In this document: positions 56,145 to 64,000 of the stretch, piece by piece
Layout: every line of letters starts with the position of its first letter
How positions within the stretch are numbered: position 1 is the stretch's first letter
NCBI GenBank assembly: GCA_016287875.1
Contig: JAEEXQ010000005.1
Span: 5,909 to 69,908, forward strand
Direction: 5' to 3'
Length of the DNA stretch: 64,000 nt
Source of the DNA: Bacteroidales bacterium
GTDB lineage: Bacteria; Bacteroidota; Bacteroidia; Bacteroidales; UBA932
Notes under the pieces: generated by a model
The model's input: only the letters and a program-made list of their open reading frames with translations
The model's database searches: none
What the model was told of the DNA's origin: nothing
Translations under genes and position numbers: made by a program

Positions 56145-58076
56145 ATGATTCCTCGTAGAGTAGCCGATAATTTCAGGAATATCGTCAACTGGTATTTCAA
56201 CAAGAGAGTAGCGCCTTTCTGGGCTTTGATCTTGCTGGATACCATACTTTTGCTGGCGACTTCCCTGGTAGTTTATGTGTCGTTCGTGGGCGTTGTGGAA
56301 ACCAAGCAGGCTTTTCCTCAGCTCATCCTTACTTTCATAGTCCTGCTGATACCTTACATCATCGCTTTCAGGGTGTTCCATACCTACAGGGCGGTGGTGC
56401 GCTATTCCTCCTTCGTGGACCTTCTGCAGATCTGTTATGCAATGGTCTCCGGAGCCGTCGTGGCCATAGGTATCCACTATGTCCTCAATGAGTACGCCGG
56501 GCGTTTCTTCGCCGAGACCCGTACCGTGCAGATACTGGTGTCATCCGCCATCTCCACGGTGCTGATGATCCTTATCAGGGTCGTGGTGAAGACTCTTTAC
56601 GACCTGATATACCAGTCTTCCGAGGCGGAACCTGCTTTCGTGTACGGCATACAGAGCGGGGGAATAGGCCTTGCCAAGAGCATACGCAACGAGAAGCCCG
56701 CGCGCTTCAGCATAAAGGGATTCATCTCCCACGACCCTTCCCTGGGTTATGCCCATCTGTTGGGAGAGAGGGTTTACGATGCCGACGAGCACCTGCCCGA
56801 CATCATACGCAAGAACGGGGTGAAGGCCGTGCTGATTTCGCCGCTTCGCCACGAAACCTTCCGCCGCAATCAGCATCTGCAGGACCTGATCATCTCGACG
56901 GGCGCCAAGATCTATATGATGCATAAGCCGGATGAGTGGTCTCCCGGCCAGGTCCCGGACCTCAAGCCCGTAAAGATCGAGGATCTCCTTCCCCGCGAGC
57001 AGATACAGGTGGATATGGATTCCATAGGTTCGATGATCAAGGGTTCCAAGGTCCTGGTAACCGGTTCCGCTGGTTCCATCGGCTGCGAGCTGGTACGCCA
57101 GCTGGCCAAGCTGGGCCCGGCCAAGATGATGCTGCTGGACCAGGCGGAGACGCCCCAGCACGACATACGCATAATGATGGCGAGGGATTATCCCGAGATC
57201 GAAGCCAGTGCCATAGTCACTTCCGTCTGCCATTCTTCGAGGATGGACGCGATATTCAACGGTTTCCGTCCCGACTACGTCTTCCACGCCGCTGCCTACA
57301 AGCACGTGCCTATGATGGAGGATAACCCGCCGGAGGCTGTGCTCAACAATATCTACGGCACCCGTGTCCTGGCCGACCTTTCCGTGAAATACGGCGCCCG
57401 CAAGTTCGTCATGGTTTCCACCGACAAGGCCGTGAACCCCACCAACGTGATGGGCTGCTCCAAGCGCATCTGCGAAATCTATGTGCAGGCGCTCCAGGAG
57501 GCCGAGAATTCCGGCAAGGTCAAAGGTAACACCCAGTTCGTGACCACACGTTTCGGAAACGTGCTCGGCTCCAATGGTTCGGTGATTCCTCTCTTCGAGG
57601 AGCAGATACGCCACGGCGGCCCCGTGACCGTCACCGACCCTGACATAGTGCGTTACTTCATGCTTATCCCCGAAGCCTGCAAACTCGTCCTCGAGGCAGG
57701 AGCCCACGGGGAAGGAGGAGAGATACTTGTATTCGATATGGGAGAACCCGTGAAGATTGCCGACCTCGCCAAGAGGATGATAAGGCTTTCCGGAGCGGAA
57801 GGTGTGGAAATCGTATATACAGGGCTGCGTAACGGTGAAAAGCTGTATGAAGAGGTGCTCAGCGACAAGGAGAACACTCTTCCTTCTTTCCACGACAAGA
57901 TACGCGTCGCCCAGGTCCGCAAGTACGATTATGAAGTGGCGGCCCAGCAGCTCGACGAGCTCTTCACCATCGCCAAGACCTATGAACCTATGTCCACGGT
58001 TGCCAAGATGAAGGAAATCGTTCCCGAATTCATCAGTAACAATTCCGTGTACACGAAACTGGATAAGAAACAATAA
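56145..58076 (+). CDS. capD: CapD/WbpM/PglF-type nucleoside-diphosphate sugar 4,6-dehydratase
   Basis: Four N-terminal TMs, IEDLLPRE, TGSAGSIG, HAAAYKHVP, STDKAVNP, RFGNVLGS. Confidence 0.92.
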   Translation: MIPRRVADNFRNIVNWYFNKRVAPFWALILLDTILLLATSLVVYVSFVGVVETKQAFPQLILTFIVLLIPYIIAFRVFHTYRAVVRYSSFVDLLQICYAMVSGAVVAIGIHYVLNEYAGRFFAETRTVQILVSSAISTVLMILIRVVVKTLYDLIYQSSEAEPAFVYGIQSGGIGLAKSIRNEKPARFSIKGFISHDPSLGYAHLLGERVYDADEHLPDIIRKNGVKAVLISPLRHETFRRNQHLQDLIISTGAKIYMMHKPDEWSPGQVPDLKPVKIEDLLPREQIQVDMDSIGSMIKGSKVLVTGSAGSIGCELVRQLAKLGPAKMMLLDQAETPQHDIRIMMARDYPEIEASAIVTSVCHSSRMDAIFNGFRPDYVFHAAAYKHVPMMEDNPPEAVLNNIYGTRVLADLSVKYGARKFVMVSTDKAVNPTNVMGCSKRICEIYVQALQEAENSGKVKGNTQFVTTRFGNVLGSNGSVIPLFEEQIRHGGPVTVTDPDIVRYFMLIPEACKLVLEAGAHGEGGEILVFDMGEPVKIADLAKRMIRLSGAEGVEIVYTGLRNGEKLYEEVLSDKENTLPSFHDKIRVAQVRKYDYEVAAQQLDELFTIAKTYEPMSTVAKMKEIVPEFISNNSVYTKLDKKQ

Positions 58077-58080
58077 CTCG

Positions 58081-59643
58081 ATGACTTCTAAAGAATATGA
58101 TGTCATTATAGTGGGGGGAGGAATTACCGGCGCCGCTACGGCGCGTGACTGCGCTTTGCGCGGCCTGTCCACCCTGCTGATAGAAAGAGGAGACATTTGT
58201 GACGGAGCTTCGGGCCGTAACCACGGCCTTCTCCATAGCGGCGCCCGCTATGCCGTCACCGACCGCGAAGGCGCCGAAGAGTGCATACGCGAGAACCGTA
58301 TCCTCCGCCGTATAGCTTCCAACTGCGTAGAACCCACCGAAGGGCTTTTCATCTCCCTTCCCGAGGACGGTCTGGATTACCAGGCCAACTTCATCGCGAA
58401 ATGCCGCGAGGCGGGCATCGATGCCCAGGCTATCGATCCGGCCGAGGCCCTGCGTCTGGAACCTGCCATCAATCCCCGCATAATAGGCGCCGTCAAGGTG
58501 CCCGATGCCTCCGTGGATCCCTTCCGTCTGGTCGATGCCCACATCCTGGACGCTCAGCGTCACGGGGCTGATATAAAGAAGTTTACGGCCGTTGCCTGTC
58601 TGGTGAAGGAAAACGGCAGGGTAGTCGGAGTGAAGACCGCGGCCGGCGAGGTCATCCGTTCCCGCGAGGTAGTGCTTGCCGCTGGCATCTGGACCGCAGG
58701 CCTTGCCCGCGAAGCCGGCGTCAACATAGGAATGATGCCCAGCAAGGGCGCTCTGGTGATATTCGGGCACAGGATTGCGAATATGGTCATCAACCGTTGC
58801 CGCAAGCCTGCCAATGCCGACATCCTTGTCCCCGGCGACGTGGTCAGCGTGCTCGGGACCACCTCGGACAAAGTGCCTATAGAAAGCTGCGATGATATGC
58901 GGGCCACTCCGGCCGAAGTGGATCTGCTGCTGCGCGAAGGCGAGCAGCTGGTTCCATCCCTCGCACAAACCCGTATCATACGTGCCTACGCCGGTGTCCG
59001 GCCGCTGGTAGTCGCCGATCCCGCAGGGGACGGACGCAATGTCAGCCGCGGAATCGTGCTTCTCGACCACGAGGAGCGTGACGGCGTGCCCGGTCTGATA
59101 ACCATAACGGGCGGCAAGCTCACCACCTCCAGGCTTATGGCGGAGATGGCTACCGACCTGGTTTGCAAGAAAGTGGGCTCGTCTGCCGTATGCCGCACTG
59201 CGGAGCTGCCCCTGCCCGGCTCGGAGGGCCGCAAGCCCAGTTTCGAGGACCCGTTCGTGGAGAGGGCCGCAATAGGCAGACACGGCACCGAAGTGTCCAG
59301 GATGGACTTCGGAAAGGGCGGAGAGATTCTCTGCGAATGTGAACACGTCACCCGTGCCGAGATCGCCTATGCGGTCGAGCATTTCGGGGTACGCAATATT
59401 TCCGATCTCCGCAGGCATACCCGCATTGGAATGGGTACCTGCCAGGGATCCTTCTGCATACGCAGCGTGGCGGGCGCTCTGGCCGAAATCCTCGCGCCGG
59501 ACCCTGAAAGCGCCGCCCGTCTTGCAGATGAATTCGTCAGCCAGTACCGCCAGGAGCGCTGGAAGGGGATTACCCCCGTGTTGTGGGGAGATACCCTCAG
59601 GGAAGCTGAGTATATGCAAAAAGTGAATGGCAATGAGATTTGA
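58081..59643 (+). CDS. glpA: Anaerobic glycerol-3-phosphate dehydrogenase subunit A
   Basis: GGGITG, GRNHGLLHSGARYAV, AYAGVRPL, GGKLTT, CECE, RIGMGTCQG.FC. Confidence 0.93.
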   Translation: MTSKEYDVIIVGGGITGAATARDCALRGLSTLLIERGDICDGASGRNHGLLHSGARYAVTDREGAEECIRENRILRRIASNCVEPTEGLFISLPEDGLDYQANFIAKCREAGIDAQAIDPAEALRLEPAINPRIIGAVKVPDASVDPFRLVDAHILDAQRHGADIKKFTAVACLVKENGRVVGVKTAAGEVIRSREVVLAAGIWTAGLAREAGVNIGMMPSKGALVIFGHRIANMVINRCRKPANADILVPGDVVSVLGTTSDKVPIESCDDMRATPAEVDLLLREGEQLVPSLAQTRIIRAYAGVRPLVVADPAGDGRNVSRGIVLLDHEERDGVPGLITITGGKLTTSRLMAEMATDLVCKKVGSSAVCRTAELPLPGSEGRKPSFEDPFVERAAIGRHGTEVSRMDFGKGGEILCECEHVTRAEIAYAVEHFGVRNISDLRRHTRIGMGTCQGSFCIRSVAGALAEILAPDPESAARLADEFVSQYRQERWKGITPVLWGDTLREAEYMQKVNGNEI

Positions 59644-60211
59644 CGCTGTTATAATAGGAGGCGGATATGCCGGTTGCACCGCCGCCGGAATCCTTTCGGA
59701 TGCCGGAATGAAGGTCTGCGTCGTGTCCGAGGGCCTGTCGCTTTCGGTCAGCGGATCAAAGACACCTTACGCCGCCCAATCTGCCCTGCAGAAACGCGGA
59801 GTCACCATCCTGCGTGGCGACCGTGCAGTGGGTGCCAAGGTGGAAGACGGCCGCGTGCTCGGCATAACGACCCGTAACCTGGGCCCCGGAACAATGCTGG
59901 AGGCCCCGTTCTACATACTTGCCACCGGAAAGTTCTTCTCCCGCGGGCTTCTTTCCGACAAAGAACATATCTGGGAACCCGTGTTCGGGGCCGACGTCGA
60001 GTATGGCGCCGACCGTACCAGCTGGTTCGACGAGGATTTCTCGGCGCCCCAGCCCTTCATGGGCTTCGGTGTCAAGACGGATTCCTCGGCCCGCGTCTAT
60101 GTGGGAGGGAAGGCTCTGGAGAATCTCTTTGCCACGGGAGATATAGTCGCCAAGGGATGCAAGGAGGCCAATGTCACTAAACTGATCGAAGATTATGCTG
60201 GAAGGGAATAA
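59633..60211 (+). CDS. glpB: Short GlpB-like FAD-binding subunit (192 aa)
   Basis: FDAVIIGGGYAG, LATGKFFSRGL, EPVFGADV, PFMGFGV.TD, NLFATG; between glpA and glpC; lacks the central region of canonical GlpB. Confidence 0.75.
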   Translation: MRFDAVIIGGGYAGCTAAGILSDAGMKVCVVSEGLSLSVSGSKTPYAAQSALQKRGVTILRGDRAVGAKVEDGRVLGITTRNLGPGTMLEAPFYILATGKFFSRGLLSDKEHIWEPVFGADVEYGADRTSWFDEDFSAPQPFMGFGVKTDSSARVYVGGKALENLFATGDIVAKGCKEANVTKLIEDYAGRE

Positions 60212-61412
60212 CAATCTTGAACAATGCCTCAAGTGCAACCTCTGCACCCTGGTATGCCCGATGATGGAGGTTAATCCGGATTATCCCGGGCCCAAGAAAG
60301 CCGGCCCCGACGGAGAGCGTTACCGCCTGAAGGACCCCGCCTTCTTCGATTATGCACTGAAATACTGCCTTAATTGCAAGCGCTGCGAGGTGGCCTGCCC
60401 CTCCGACGTCCACATAGGCGATATGATACAGACCGCACGCATCCTCTACGGATCCCAGGCCAAGAGGAAGGGCCTGCGCGGCCTGAGGGACTGGACCCTG
60501 GCTTCCACCGACCTGGTGGGAAGCCTTGCTTCGCCCTTTGCTCCCATAGTGAACGGAACGCTCAAGCTGAAGCCGGTCAAGTCCGTGATGGACAGTGTGT
60601 TGGCCGTAGATAAGCACCGTACCTTCCCCAAGTATTCCGCCAAGAAATTCGTGAATTGGTTCCGCCGCCAGGACCAGTCTTCATTCAGCAAGTTCGTCTC
60701 ATATTTCCACGGCTGCTATGTGAACTATAACTATCCCGCCCTGGGCCAGGCCTTCGTAAAGGTGATGAACTCTGCCGGCTACGGGGTGCATCTTCTCGAA
60801 AAGGAAAAATGCTGCGGTGTGGCTCTGATGAGCAATGGATTCGCCGACAAGGCCCGCCGCCAGGGAGAAGTGAACCTGGCCTCGATCCGCAAGGCCGTGG
60901 CGGCAGGGGAGGTAGTGCTGACCACCTCTTCCACCTGTACCTTCACCATGAGGGACGAGTACCCCGACGTGCTCGGCCTGACCAACGGCGACGTGCGCGA
61001 TTCTCTGATGCTCAGCACCAAGTGGCTCTACGAAAAGATATCTGCAGGAGAACTTAAGCTGAAATTCCGCAAGAACTTCAGTAAGAAGGTGATATATCAT
61101 ACCGCCTGCCATATGCAGAAGATGGGTTGGCAGGTCTATTCCATAGCTTTGCTGAACCTGATTCCGGGTGTGGAACTGACCGTGCTCGACCAGAACTGCT
61201 GCGGTATAGCCGGCACCTTCGGATTCAAGAAAGAGAACTATCCTTTCTCCCAGCAGATAGGATCCAAACTTTTCGAGGACATACGCAGGTCCGCCACTCC
61301 CGATGCCGTGGTCTCCACCGACTGCGAGACCTGCAAGTGGCAAATAGAAATGAGCACCGGTATGAAGGTGCTCAATCCTATAGAAATTATTGCGGAGGCG
61401 CTCGACCGTTAG
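60195..61412 (+). CDS. glpC: Anaerobic glycerol-3-phosphate dehydrogenase subunit C
   Basis: CLKCNLCTLVCP, CLNCKRCEVACP, YFHGC, KCCG, YHTACH, CCGIAGTFG, TDCETC. Confidence 0.93.
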   Translation: MLEGNNNLEQCLKCNLCTLVCPMMEVNPDYPGPKKAGPDGERYRLKDPAFFDYALKYCLNCKRCEVACPSDVHIGDMIQTARILYGSQAKRKGLRGLRDWTLASTDLVGSLASPFAPIVNGTLKLKPVKSVMDSVLAVDKHRTFPKYSAKKFVNWFRRQDQSSFSKFVSYFHGCYVNYNYPALGQAFVKVMNSAGYGVHLLEKEKCCGVALMSNGFADKARRQGEVNLASIRKAVAAGEVVLTTSSTCTFTMRDEYPDVLGLTNGDVRDSLMLSTKWLYEKISAGELKLKFRKNFSKKVIYHTACHMQKMGWQVYSIALLNLIPGVELTVLDQNCCGIAGTFGFKKENYPFSQQIGSKLFEDIRRSATPDAVVSTDCETCKWQIEMSTGMKVLNPIEIIAEALDR

Positions 61413-62146
61413 GCGAACTCTATCCTTTCGATGAAACACACCAGGTCGCCGGCTTTTCCGGTGACGTACCAGACATCGCCTTCCTGCGCAAGCTCGAAGG
61501 CGACTTCTTCTCCATAATGTACTTCGCGCTGATAGTTCACCTGGACGTCCTTCACCAGATGGCTCTTCACATAATCCACGGGGATGAGGTCCAGGACCCA
61601 CTGGGTGTAGGCGCAGTTGTTTGCGTGCCCGTTGGTGTCGATGTCGGACCACACCACCTTGTGCGTCCCGGCTTCTGTCCGGGGCAGGTCGCGGGGGATG
61701 ATAAGTTTGGAGCAGAAGGGGAGGGTGTCTTCGCTGTAATGGAAGGATGCGTCGAATCCAAGTTCACCCCTGAAGAGACTGCGCTCGCCGGCATCCACGA
61801 CGGTCCAGGCGGATGTCCCCAGCATTATAGGCACGTCGGGGGCGGACTCGCGCACCATACGGAAATTACGGTGCCAAAGAGGCCCGACCTGCCCGCGGGA
61901 CCAGGTCTGGAGAATGACTTCATCTCCCCAGGAAGGGCAGTCCAGAATGCTGAAGTGGATGCGGTTCAGCGCCCAGAAAAGATTTCTGGAACGCATTACG
62001 TCCGGGCCGCATTGGCAGAAGTCAGAGCCTTTATAGGCGATTTCCTGAAGCAGATGCTGCAGGCTGACCGTCTTGAGCCTGGCGTTCTGGTCGGCTTCGT
62101 AGCTGTTGATTTCCAGCTTGCGTGAAACTATAGGGGCTTTATCCAT
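61409..62146 (-). CDS. Acyl-ACP thioesterase (FatA/FatB-like)
   Basis: Tandem hot-dog folds; WSDIDTNGHANN, NYQREV. Confidence 0.88.
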   Translation of the reverse strand: MDKAPIVSRKLEINSYEADQNARLKTVSLQHLLQEIAYKGSDFCQCGPDVMRSRNLFWALNRIHFSILDCPSWGDEVILQTWSRGQVGPLWHRNFRMVRESAPDVPIMLGTSAWTVVDAGERSLFRGELGFDASFHYSEDTLPFCSKLIIPRDLPRTEAGTHKVVWSDIDTNGHANNCAYTQWVLDLIPVDYVKSHLVKDVQVNYQREVHYGEEVAFELAQEGDVWYVTGKAGDLVCFIERIEFA

Positions 62147-62148
62147 TA

Positions 62149-62589
62149 CTACTTGATTCCTTTCAGATTCGCTTTGGGCACGAGGAAGAATTTGAGCGTG
62201 CCCTTGGTGCAGAGTTTACCGTTGACTTTGGCGGTGGCTTCCACTACGACGAGCGGGGGACGCAGGTCCACAAGCTTGGCGCTGGTGCAGACGGTGTCGC
62301 CGGGGAAGGCCGAATTCTTGAATTTGACATCATCCAGGCCCGCGTACATCGCAGTGTTGTCCTTGAGCATTTCGCTGGGAATCAGGAGCACGCTGCCCTG
62401 GGCCATTATCTCGCACATCACGACGCCGGGCACTACCGGATATCCGGGGAAATGGCCCTGTACGAACCAGGCATCCTGGGGGATAGTGTATTGGGATTCT
62501 ACGTGTCCGTCCTCGAATAAGGAGCTTTCGTCGACCAGAAGCATCGGTGCTCTGTGGGGGATGATGGTTTGAATTTCTTCTCTGTTCAT
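62149..62589 (-). CDS. fabZ: 3-hydroxyacyl-ACP dehydratase FabZ-like
   Basis: IPHRAPMLLVD, GHFPGYPVVPGVVMCE, FKNSAFPGD. Confidence 0.85.
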   Translation of the reverse strand: MNREEIQTIIPHRAPMLLVDESSLFEDGHVESQYTIPQDAWFVQGHFPGYPVVPGVVMCEIMAQGSVLLIPSEMLKDNTAMYAGLDDVKFKNSAFPGDTVCTSAKLVDLRPPLVVVEATAKVNGKLCTKGTLKFFLVPKANLKGIK

Positions 62590-62653
62590 TGATTTAGGTT
62601 TTTAGTAAATGTGTGCAAAAATAACTAAATTTGCTTGATTTAAAACATTTCGT

Positions 62654-64000
62654 ATGCAAACCATGGACCAAAAGGACTTCGGTTTTATCCGGGTTGCGGC
62701 AGTCACGCCTCGGGTTTATCTCGCAGATACACGGAAGAACGCAGCAGAGATTATCCGTCTCGCAGCTGAGGCGGCAGACGGTGGAGCGTCAGTCGTGGTT
62801 TTCCCGGAATTATGCACTACGGGCTACAGCTGCGCCGATCTTTTCTCCCAGACAAAGCTTCTGGAAGGGGCCGAGAAGGCCGTGGAGGAGATAGCCTCCG
62901 CCGCCATCCATTCCGGCGTCCTGGTTTTGGTAGGCGCCCCTGTGCGCTGCGCTGGAAGGCTCTACAACTGCGCCGTGGCCATCAAGGGCGGAAAGATACT
63001 GGGAATAGTTCCCAAGACCTACCTGCCCAATGCGGCCGAGTTCTATGAGGCCCGCTGGTTCGAAAGCGGTGCAGCCGTGGACAGGCAGATCGGCTATGCC
63101 GGCCAGTCCGCCAGGCTATGTGCCAGGCAGCTTTTCAGCGTTGGCAAGGCCGTCGTGGGCGTGGAGATATGCCAGGACCTCTGGGTCCCCGTTCCCCCCA
63201 GCAGCTACGCCGCCGTCGCGGGAGCCAACATCATCGCGAATCTCTCCGCATCCAACGAATCCATACTCAAACACGAATACAGGAAGATGCTGGTATCTTC
63301 CACCTCCGCCAGGCTGAATGCCGGCTATATCTACGCCAGCTGCGGCTATGGGGAGTCCACTTCCGACCTGGTTTGGGCCGGATCCTCGCTCATCTACGAA
63401 AACGGGTCCCTGCAGGCCGAGAACGAGCGTTTCTCCCGCGAATCCTCCATTATCTATGCGGACATAGACGTGGAGAGGCTGGATACCGTCCGCGCCAAGA
63501 ACCCTAATTTCCGCGATGCCCTCGGCGAACGCAGCTTCACCGTGCAGGATGGGGGAGAGGCCTTCCCTACGGACTTCGGAAAGAAGCTTTACAAGGCCGT
63601 GGATGCCCATCCCTTCGTGCCTTCCGGCGATGAACTGGGAGAGCGTTGCCGGGAGATACTTTCAATCCAGGTCACCGGCCTATGTAACCGCCTGGAGCAT
63701 ATAGGATGTAAGAAAGCCGTCGTGGGAATCTCGGGAGGCCTTGATTCGACCCTGGCCCTTCTGGTCACCGCCCTGGCCTTCGACCGCCTGGGACTGGACC
63801 GCAAGGGGATCATCGGCATCACCATGCCGGGATTCGGCACCAGCTCCCGCACCAAGAGCAATGCGGACGTGCTTATGGAAAAACTTGGCGTAGAGTCCCG
63901 CGAGGTGTCCATAGTGCCCTCCGTGACCCGTCATCTCGAAGATATAGGCCATCCCCTGGATCAGCTTGATACCACCTACGAAAATGCGCAGGCCCGCGAG
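62654..64000 (+). CDS. nadE: Glutamine-dependent NAD+ synthetase (partial, runs off the window; absent from the ORF track)
   Basis: Manual translation: FIRVAAVTP, VVFPELCTTGYSCADLF, PKTYLPN..EFYEARWF, EICQDLW nitrilase domain, then in-frame VVGISGGLDSTLAL and TMPGFGTS. Confidence 0.95.
   Translation, partial: MQTMDQKDFGFIRVAAVTPRVYLADTRKNAAEIIRLAAEAADGGASVVVFPELCTTGYSCADLFSQTKLLEGAEKAVEEIASAAIHSGVLVLVGAPVRCAGRLYNCAVAIKGGKILGIVPKTYLPNAAEFYEARWFESGAAVDRQIGYAGQSARLCARQLFSVGKAVVGVEICQDLWVPVPPSSYAAVAGANIIANLSASNESILKHEYRKMLVSSTSARLNAGYIYASCGYGESTSDLVWAGSSLIYENGSLQAENERFSRESSIIYADIDVERLDTVRAKNPNFRDALGERSFTVQDGGEAFPTDFGKKLYKAVDAHPFVPSGDELGERCREILSIQVTGLCNRLEHIGCKKAVVGISGGLDSTLALLVTALAFDRLGLDRKGIIGITMPGFGTSSRTKSNADVLMEKLGVESREVSIVPSVTRHLEDIGHPLDQLDTTYENAQARE

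Noticed and set aside
1-64000. CRISPR array, rRNA, restriction-modification or other defence genes
   Set aside because: No regularly spaced repeats or recognisable motifs were seen on reading.

Overview
64-kb window from a GC-rich Bacteroidales chromosome (TAnnTTTG -7 promoter boxes sit upstream of many genes). It is mostly housekeeping and accessory metabolism: a consolidated arginine operon (GNAT-argG-argC-argD-argB-argE-argH-carA, carA running off the left edge), cstA, a five-gene heterodisulfide-reductase-like Fe-S cluster, DUF4954-glmS, an OlsF-like acyltransferase, tRNA-Val(CAC), LuxR/AraC regulators with OmpA and TonB-receptor genes, an orphan wza-wzc pair overlapping a GH38-like hydrolase, a Firmicutes-style FMN-riboswitch ribD-ribE-ribBA-ribH operon, a GH115, a P1B ATPase, rfbB/capD, glpABC, an acyl-ACP thioesterase, fabZ and nadE (partial). 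Four features missing from the ORF track stand out. (1) An AT-rich, integrase-less ~3.4-kb islet is divided into two modules by three copies of a ~40-46-bp recombination-like site that duplicates the 3' end of the DUF2795 gene. (2) A 132-bp palindromic element reads in frame inside carA. (3) A 14-codon Arg-rich leader peptide (MSAFSLHNSRRARR) with overlapping alternative hairpins lies between the promoter and the arg operon, which has no argR at its head. (4) A 42-aa YxxP-motif peptide gene lies directly upstream of a fimbrillin-like lipoprotein. All product calls come from motif recognition by eye; no searches were run.
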